Below are positions 57,900 through 64,000 of a DNA stretch of 64,000 bases, one piece after another. The first letter of the stretch is position 1, and each line of letters opens with the position of its first letter. The notes under the pieces were generated by a model. It saw only the letters and a list, made by a program, of their open reading frames with translations, did no database searches and had not been told where the DNA came from. The position numbers were made by a program, and so were the translations under genes. This stretch comes from Clostridia bacterium (lineage in GTDB: Bacteria > Bacillota > Clostridia > Christensenellales > CAG-138): NCBI GenBank assembly GCA_017538255.1, contig JAFYJD010000025.1:131573-195572 (forward strand), written 5' to 3'.

Positions 57900-58672
57900 T
57901 ATATGTACCCCTTTTGTGCAAGCCATTCGACGCTTGAAGCGCAATGCTGGTTTTCGACGGTAAAACTCGCCGTCGGGCAGAGAGAAAGCACTGTGTCGAT
58001 GAACTCTACCATAGGCACGGTGCCCTCTCCGAGCGGGCTGTGGAGGTCTTTGTCGCCGAGATTGTTGTGGATGTGGATGTGTTTAAGATACGGACTCATC
58101 GGCTCGATCCACCCCATCGGCGGCAGGGACGAAACATTGCAGTTGGCGTGCCCCGCGTCGAGACAAAGCCCAAGGCGCGCGTCGCCCACGCCTTTTACGA
58201 TTTCAACGAGCATATCGGGCGAAGGCTCCATCACATTTTCGAGCGCGATATTCACCGGCGCGTCGACCGTTTTTAAAAACGCTTTATAGAAATCGATCGC
58301 ACTTTCGACATAGTATTCGGGATAGTAGACCTGCGGGATATAGCCGCCGTGGAAAACGAGATCGGATATGCCGAGTTTTAGGGCGGTATCTATCGCCTGA
58401 CGGTAGCGAAACGCGGCGAGTTCCCTCGCGCGCGGATCGATGGCACAGGGCGAGAGTTCCGCAAACGGCGCATGGAGCCAAAACGAGCCTATGCCGCGCA
58501 TATCCGCCTTGATACGCTCCAATCTTTCTTCGTATCCGTTATCGAGATGATACGCCCAGCAAAAATCGGCGATCTCGAGCCCGACGCCGTGCTGTTTCGC
58601 AAGCGAAACGCTGTCGTCGCCGATCGTTGACAGATGAAGTTTGTGTGTTATAGTTTCAGGCAAACGCCTCAC
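57899..58672 (-). CDS. xylose-isomerase-like TIM-barrel protein (sugar phosphate isomerase/epimerase family)
   Basis: 257 aa with HAPF, VFHGG, ALEN, LDAGH and HIHN metal-ligand-type strand ends typical of this fold. First gene of the cob operon. The GTG start is uncertain. Confidence 0.6.
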   Translation of the reverse strand: MRRLPETITHKLHLSTIGDDSVSLAKQHGVGLEIADFCWAYHLDNGYEERLERIKADMRGIGSFWLHAPFAELSPCAIDPRARELAAFRYRQAIDTALKLGISDLVFHGGYIPQVYYPEYYVESAIDFYKAFLKTVDAPVNIALENVMEPSPDMLVEIVKGVGDARLGLCLDAGHANCNVSSLPPMGWIEPMSPYLKHIHIHNNLGDKDLHSPLGEGTVPMVEFIDTVLSLCPTASFTVENQHCASSVEWLAQKGYI

Positions 58673-58836
58673 CCCCGCAAGCGCGATTATTCTATTATAT
58701 TATCACATCGGCCCGTTTTTCTCAATAGCGAGCGAAGCGACTTCGTTTGTCGACAGAAAAAACAGTTGCAAATATTCCTTAAATGCGGTAAAATGCAAGT
58801 GGTAGCGATTACCGATCAACTTAAAGGAGTACCACT

Positions 58837-59175
58837 ATGGAAGAAGAAAGAGATTTTGTTGTATTTACCGATGACGACGGCAATGATTTTGAGCTTGATA
58901 TCCTGTTCTACTTTGAACACGAGAACAAGGAATACGCCGTGCTTATCGACGCAGAGGGCGAAGAATGCGACTGCGAAGACGAGGACTGCTGCCACGACAC
59001 CGACGTGTACATTATGCAGGTAGTCGTCAATGAAGCCGACGATACCGAGGAGTTCATCTCCCCCGCCGATGAGGATATGGAAAAACTCATCGAGATCGTT
59101 CAAGCCAAGTTCGACGAGGACGATGAATGCGGCTGCGGCTGCGGTGAATGCGGCTCCGAATGCGAGCATAAATAA
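58837..59175 (+). CDS. DUF1292-family acidic protein with Cys-rich insertions
   Basis: VVFTDDDGNDFELDILFYFEHENKEYAVL is the DUF1292 core. Extra CDCEDEDCCH and C-terminal ECGCGCGECGSECEHK. AAAGGAG RBS. Confidence 0.7.
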   Translation: MEEERDFVVFTDDDGNDFELDILFYFEHENKEYAVLIDAEGEECDCEDEDCCHDTDVYIMQVVVNEADDTEEFISPADEDMEKLIEIVQAKFDEDDECGCGCGECGSECEHK

Positions 59176-59237
59176 CCCCCCAACAACCGCCCGCCCCCAA
59201 ATGGGAGCGGGCGGCAAATATCTATACGGAGGCAAGT

Positions 59238-60353
59238 ATGGAAAATGTAAAGCGAATTAAATGGCTTGACGTTGCGCGTTCTTTGGCGATCATATCGATC
59301 ACCTGCAATCACGCGGTCAACCGCAGTTTCAGCACCGAGGTGGGACAGTACGCCGAATTTTTAAAACTGCCGTTTGCATACACCGTGCTCAAGGCGGTCA
59401 TCTATGCGTTCAGCCGCATCGGCGTTCCTCTTTTTTTGATGATAACCGGCGCGCTTATGCTTAACAAGGATTACGAAAAAGAGGGCACGATCGGCCGCTT
59501 CGTCAAGCATAACTGGCTTCAGCTTTTCATCACCACCGAGATCTGGCATATTATACTCTTTATCTATATGCAGATATCGCCCGATTCCGCACTTCGTACC
59601 GATGGCGTCATCGCCTGCCTTATAAGTTTTGTTAAGACCCTGCTGTTCATTGACCCCACGACGTTCGGCAGTATGTGGTATATGCATATGATCCTTTGCG
59701 CGTACCTTTTGGTGCCGGTCTTTGCGATCGCTTTGAAGCGCATCAAGGCGAGTTATTTTATCATCCCCATCGCCATTGTCGCGATATCAGGGTTGATCCT
59801 TCCCGACGTCAACGGCACGCTGCACGTTCTCGGCAGCGGCAAAACGGTCTCGTTCGCGCTGTCCGCCGCCAATGTATTTTCGATATTTGCCGCGTTTATG
59901 CTGTTTGGCTATTTTGTTACGCAAAAGGATCTTCTTAAAAAGTTTAAAACGCCCATAATCGTGCTTTTGATGCTGCTGTCCTTCGCGGCGTTCTGCGCGT
60001 TCCAGATCTGGTGCTACTCAAAAGAGCCCGACTTCGTGGTCGCTGAGGGCTACAGAAGCATATTCTGCTTTGTGCCCGCGTTGTTCTTGTTTGAACTATT
60101 GCGCCGGCTGAATTATGGCGAGCGATTTGCAAGCGCGGCGACTTTTCTTTCGCGCATCGCGTTCGGAATCTACTTTGTGCATATCTGCATTATGCAGGGA
60201 CTTACAGAGATTTGGGGGCGCATATTTCCAAGCGTCAACTACCTGCCCAAATTCCTGCTGCTTGAAGTCGTTTCGTTCATAGGCTCGATAGTCGTCATAC
60301 TCGTTCTCGGCAAGATAAAATGGTGCAGAAAGAATCTGTTCGTTATAAAATGA
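59238..60353 (+). CDS. acyltransferase-3-family membrane protein
   Basis: Ten or so TM helices. The N-terminal IKWLDVARSLAIISITCNH is typical of acyltransferase 3 / OatA-like proteins. Confidence 0.75.
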   Translation: MENVKRIKWLDVARSLAIISITCNHAVNRSFSTEVGQYAEFLKLPFAYTVLKAVIYAFSRIGVPLFLMITGALMLNKDYEKEGTIGRFVKHNWLQLFITTEIWHIILFIYMQISPDSALRTDGVIACLISFVKTLLFIDPTTFGSMWYMHMILCAYLLVPVFAIALKRIKASYFIIPIAIVAISGLILPDVNGTLHVLGSGKTVSFALSAANVFSIFAAFMLFGYFVTQKDLLKKFKTPIIVLLMLLSFAAFCAFQIWCYSKEPDFVVAEGYRSIFCFVPALFLFELLRRLNYGERFASAATFLSRIAFGIYFVHICIMQGLTEIWGRIFPSVNYLPKFLLLEVVSFIGSIVVILVLGKIKWCRKNLFVIK

Positions 60354-60613
60354 TCCCTAAATAAATACCGAAAGTATGCCGAGTTTTTCGGAATGTAAAA
60401 GCGCTCGATGTTCGGGCGCTTTAGTTTGCCGTTAGCCGAATTCGTTGGTTGCCTGTTTTCATTATATGTGATATAATCAGACAAATATCGCATCGTTTCG
60501 TGGCTGCATCAGGCTCTTGAGCGTAAGGTGCCGATATTTTCGATGGTGATCGGCGCGGCGCTGATGGCGCTAACGTTTATACTGTAAAACAATCCTGCCG
60601 GAGGAACGTACAA

Positions 60614-61309
60614 ATGACAAAAAAAGCCGCCGCAAAACAAAAAAAGACAAGCCTGAAAAAGGTACTGCTCATATTGTTCCTGCTCTCTGCTTTCGCTGCC
60701 GCAGCGGTGTTCGTGCCAAACGCGATAGTGAAGGCAAGTCAGGAAAAACGAATAATCTCGCTCGAAGAGGCGGCGGAGTTTGAAAAAGCCGACTGCATCC
60801 TTGCGCTCGGCTGCCGCGTGTACTCAAACGGCAGTATGAGCCCGATGCTTCAAGACCGCGTTCAACTCGCGCTTGACGTTTACAACGCTGGCGTGAGCGA
60901 TAAACTGCTAATGAGCGGCGATCACGGGCAGGCGGACTACAACGAGGTACAGGCTATGAAGGACTACCTGATCGAAAACGGCGTCTCTTCCTCTGACGTG
61001 TTTATGGATCACGCGGGCTTCTCCACCTACGACAGCCTCTATCGTGCGAAAGCGGTCTTCAACGCAAATAGGATCATCATCGTGACGCACCGATTCCATC
61101 TTTACAGGGCACTCTATATCGCCGAAAAACTCGGGATCGAGGCGTACGGCGTTGCGGTCGAGGATCTTTATGGAGGGAGCACTCGCCGCGAGATCCGGGA
61201 GATACTCGCACGGGACAAGGACATTGTAAAGTGTATTTTCAAACCGAAGCCGACCTACCTCGGTGACGTCATCGATGTGCGCGGCGACGGAGACAGGACG
61301 AACGACTGA
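60614..61309 (+). CDS. SanA/YdcF (DUF218) family protein
   Basis: N-terminal TM helix, then DCILALGC...SPMLQDRV...MSGDHG...YNEV pattern. Confidence 0.75.
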   Translation: MTKKAAAKQKKTSLKKVLLILFLLSAFAAAAVFVPNAIVKASQEKRIISLEEAAEFEKADCILALGCRVYSNGSMSPMLQDRVQLALDVYNAGVSDKLLMSGDHGQADYNEVQAMKDYLIENGVSSSDVFMDHAGFSTYDSLYRAKAVFNANRIIIVTHRFHLYRALYIAEKLGIEAYGVAVEDLYGGSTRREIREILARDKDIVKCIFKPKPTYLGDVIDVRGDGDRTND

Positions 61310-61341
61310 CAGGTGGCATACATAATCGTTGATCGTTCGTT

Positions 61342-61370
61342 AAAGAAGGATAAAAATCCTTCTTTTTTAA
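61342..61370 (+). terminator. intrinsic terminator
   Basis: Stem aaagaagga/tccttcttt followed by a T-run. Confidence 0.65.
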
Positions 61371-61547
61371 TTTTCTGCCGCTATCGCATTCCCTTTTCTT
61401 CCGCGCATTAGTTGGCTTCTTCGGAAGACGAGCACTTTATTCTCCCCGCGACGTTTGCGGCATACCAATGCCCTGCCTGATATGAAGCTATTCAATGCCG
61501 CAGTTTATGCGCGGGGCTGTTTTTATGCTTTTATGCTTCGTATTCTG

Positions 61548-61576
61548 TTGACACCGCAGAGTGATGATGGTAAAAT
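61548..61576 (+). promoter_or_regulatory. sigma-A-type promoter for the helicase-loader operon
   Basis: TTGACA-17 nt-TAAAAT, 35 nt upstream of ATG 61611. Confidence 0.5.
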
Positions 61577-61610
61577 CAAACTGAACAATACGATGATATC
61601 GAGGCTCCCG

Positions 61611-62825
61611 ATGAACACGCTTCTTGTTAAAAACAGCGGGCTTTTTGCCTTTACACCCGTTGACAACCGTTTTATATCGAATCTGATGCGCGAGGCAGGC
61701 GAAACCGAACTCAAGGTCTACCTGTACGCGCTTATGCTTGTTCACAGCGGCGGCGACGCTTCGGAGATCGCGCCCGCGCTCGGACTGACCGAGGATGAGG
61801 TGCAAAACGCTTTCCGCTACTGGGAAAAACAGGGGCTTGTGCGGCTGATCTCGGGCGAGGGCGAAAACCTTGCCGTTGAGTTCCTCCCCACCGCCGTCGA
61901 CGAAAACGTCGTCAGCGCGCGCAATCTTCGCTATTCATCGCTTATCAAAAAACTTCAATCCTCGCTCGGAACGCGCAATCTGACCGGCTCCGAACTGCAG
62001 CGCATCTACGATTGGGTGGAGATATTCCGTTTTGAGGAGGACGCCGCCGTCAAGATCGTGGAGCATTGCCTTGCCGTCAAGGGCGCACGGGTGCATATCA
62101 ACTATATGGACAGCGTTGCAAAGCGCCTTGCCGCCGACGATATGCTCTCTGCCACGGCTGTGAGCGCGAGTTTTGAACGCGAAAAGGAACTTTCAAGCGG
62201 TGCCGCCGTCATACTCAAACGCTGGCGGCTTTCACGAAGGCCGACGGAGGACGAACTTGCTCTCTACGAAAAATGGACGGGCGAATGGGGCTTTTCCGCC
62301 GAAGCAATCGATATTGCGCTCGGCGAGATGACCGCCGTGGAACGCCCCAACTTCAAATACCTCGACGCCGTACTCGCGTCCTACCGCGAGAGCGGAAGCA
62401 TAACAACGGACGCGCTCCGCGAGATGCAGCGCAGGCAGGACATAATCGCGGAACTCGCGCATCAGGCGTTCGTTCGCGCCGGACTGAAGCGCAAGGCGAG
62501 CGCGTCGGACAGGCATCAGTTCGACCTTTGGGCGAACGAATACGGAATGAGCGCGGAGATGATACTGTTTGCCGCGGACACCGCCGCTTCGAGCGCGAGC
62601 CCTTTTGCCGATATGCGAAGGCGCATCGAGGACTGGCACAAGCGCGGGATCGCAAGTTATCAGGCTGCTAAAAACGATCACGACGCTTCGGGCGATACCG
62701 GCAAAACAAGCAGGAGTTCCAAGGTTTCCCGCTCGCTCAATTACCGCCAACAAAAATATACAGCCGAGCAGTTGAAGGCGCTCGGCGTTGATCTTGGAGA
62801 GGATGTATACAGCGATGAAGATTAA
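61611..62825 (+). CDS. DnaD-domain replication initiation / membrane attachment protein (DnaB-like in the Bacillus sense)
   Basis: Track ORF trimmed to MNTLLVKNSG (GAGG RBS). Two DnaD-like repeats (YWEKQGLVRL; FKYLDAVLASYRESG...). Followed by a DnaI-like gene. Confidence 0.7.
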   Translation: MNTLLVKNSGLFAFTPVDNRFISNLMREAGETELKVYLYALMLVHSGGDASEIAPALGLTEDEVQNAFRYWEKQGLVRLISGEGENLAVEFLPTAVDENVVSARNLRYSSLIKKLQSSLGTRNLTGSELQRIYDWVEIFRFEEDAAVKIVEHCLAVKGARVHINYMDSVAKRLAADDMLSATAVSASFEREKELSSGAAVILKRWRLSRRPTEDELALYEKWTGEWGFSAEAIDIALGEMTAVERPNFKYLDAVLASYRESGSITTDALREMQRRQDIIAELAHQAFVRAGLKRKASASDRHQFDLWANEYGMSAEMILFAADTAASSASPFADMRRRIEDWHKRGIASYQAAKNDHDASGDTGKTSRSSKVSRSLNYRQQKYTAEQLKALGVDLGEDVYSDED

Positions 62826-63783
62826 GTCTTATGAGGTCAGACGCGCGATCGAGGACGAACTCGCCTCACGCCGCCTTGAGGTAAAGCGCATCAGACAGGC
62901 CCGTGAAGACGAGGCGTATTCCGCCGTGCCCGAACTGAAGGAACTCGACGCTCGGATGCGCAGCGAGGCGATAAGGCTCGGCCGTACAATTATGAACAGC
63001 AAGAGTGAGAATGCGTCCGTTGAGGCTGAGCTCGCGATCCGTCTTTTGCAAAAAAAGCGGGCGGAACTGCTCAAGTCCAACGGTTTCAGCGAGGATCATC
63101 TCGATTTTGAATACATCTGCCCCGATTGCCGCGACACAGGACGCGTAAACGGCGAACTCTGCCGCTGCGTGCTCCAACTCGCCGTAAACACCGCGTTTGA
63201 GGATTCCGGCATCGACCGCGAGCAGAACTTTGAGGCGTTTGATCTGACGCTTCAGAAGGAGGCTAAGAACCGCTCCGCTATGAAGAAGATACTCGACGCG
63301 GCGACCACCTACGCGGATTCCTTCCCCGATAACGAAAAAAAGGACATCCTGTATTTCGGGATGCCCGGCGTAGGCAAGACATATCTGCTAAACTGTATTG
63401 GCGCACACGTGCTTGAAAGAGGTTATTCGGTATTGAAGATCAACGCGCATCGGCTTATCCGCCTGACAATCGACGGTTTCAGGAGCACGCCCGACGACAG
63501 ACCCGATTTTTCGCTGCCGGATCTGTTAATCATCGACGATCTCGGCACGGAGCCGATGATACCCAACATCACCGTTGAAACGCTGCTCTCGCTCGTGTGC
63601 GAACGGCAGTCGCTGAACAAGGCGACGCTGTTTGCGACGAATCTTGACATCGCATCGGACGGAAGCGGCGTTGAAACGCTTCAAACGCGCTACGGCGAGC
63701 GCTTTGCTTCGAGGCTCATCGCGCCCGCACGCGTTAAGATACAGGGCGTATTGACCGAAAACCTGCGCCTCAGCGTACGCTGA
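62815..63783 (+). CDS. DnaC/DnaI-family helicase loader ATPase
   Basis: Zinc motif CPDCRDTGRVNGELCRC, Walker A GMPGVGKTYL, Walker B LLIIDDLGTE. Start ATG 62815 overlaps the upstream gene's end. Confidence 0.8.
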   Translation: MKIKSYEVRRAIEDELASRRLEVKRIRQAREDEAYSAVPELKELDARMRSEAIRLGRTIMNSKSENASVEAELAIRLLQKKRAELLKSNGFSEDHLDFEYICPDCRDTGRVNGELCRCVLQLAVNTAFEDSGIDREQNFEAFDLTLQKEAKNRSAMKKILDAATTYADSFPDNEKKDILYFGMPGVGKTYLLNCIGAHVLERGYSVLKINAHRLIRLTIDGFRSTPDDRPDFSLPDLLIIDDLGTEPMIPNITVETLLSLVCERQSLNKATLFATNLDIASDGSGVETLQTRYGERFASRLIAPARVKIQGVLTENLRLSVR

Positions 63784-63799
63784 AAACTTATTTGACCTT

Positions 63800-64000
63800 T
63801 TACCGCTCGGGTGCATCCTCTTCGCGCTCGGCGGTTTTTCTTTTGTTTTTGATGCGGTCCACAATCTTTTCGTAGCAGGAAGTTATCTGTTTTTGGAACA
63901 GGAACATAATAAGGAATATCGCGATCAGCGGCAGGGTGAACAGCGCCGCGGAGAGTATGTCGCCGTTTATGAGTTGCTTGCCGACGGCGCAAAGCGTGAA
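63800..64000 (-). CDS. C-terminal 66 codons of an unidentified membrane protein (gene enters from beyond the window end)
   Basis: Not in the ORF track. The minus-strand frame is open from nt 64000 to TAA at 63800-63802 and encodes ...LFTLPLIAIFLIMFLFQKQI... followed by a basic tail. Confidence 0.4.
   Translation of the reverse strand, partial: FTLCAVGKQLINGDILSAALFTLPLIAIFLIMFLFQKQITSCYEKIVDRIKNKRKTAEREEDAPER

Noticed and set aside
60480-60586. Short reading frame ending ...RKVPIFSMVIGAALMALTFIL in the sanA leader
   Set aside because: It looks like the tail of a membrane protein, but it has no start with an RBS and only about 30 codons are open. It is probably a gene remnant or a chance frame.

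Overview
This is a 64-kb chromosomal segment from a moderately GC-rich Firmicute. It looks Clostridia-like and endospore-forming: it has sigK with a pro-sequence, a CotH gene, a DUF421/DUF4363 pair and a dnaB/dnaI-type helicase-loader pair. These taxonomic points are inference. Most of the window is core housekeeping: pepF-like peptidase, rsgA, rodA/ftsW-family, pgi, proS, groES-groEL, rsmF-like, ssrA (tmRNA), sigK, rho, dinB, dnaG-rpoD, a cobC-cobS-cobU-cobT nucleotide-loop operon, tRNA-Ala and two tRNA-Ser. Accessory or poorly understood modules sit between these genes. (1) A CotH / VTC-domain / DUF4956 cassette. (2) Two paralogous heterodimeric ABC exporters, one behind a leader-peptide plus terminator attenuator and one behind a MarR gene. 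(3) An AT-richer segment after ssrA that ends in a large-serine-recombinase homologue lacking the catalytic serine, next to an intact sigK. (4) A Rho factor with a long Q/N/Y-rich insertion. (5) An XRE-S24 repressor divergent from dinB. (6) A zinc-ribbon protein plus ABC-2 transporter operon. (7) An HprK-like kinase / radical SAM-SPASM / PqqD cassette with no obvious precursor gene; this is my best candidate for an uncharacterised system. (8) A gene-decay zone next to the tRNA-Ser pair. I saw no rRNA, CRISPR array, transposase or IS element. All family assignments come from motifs read by eye in the ORF-track translations. No database search or numeric computation was run.
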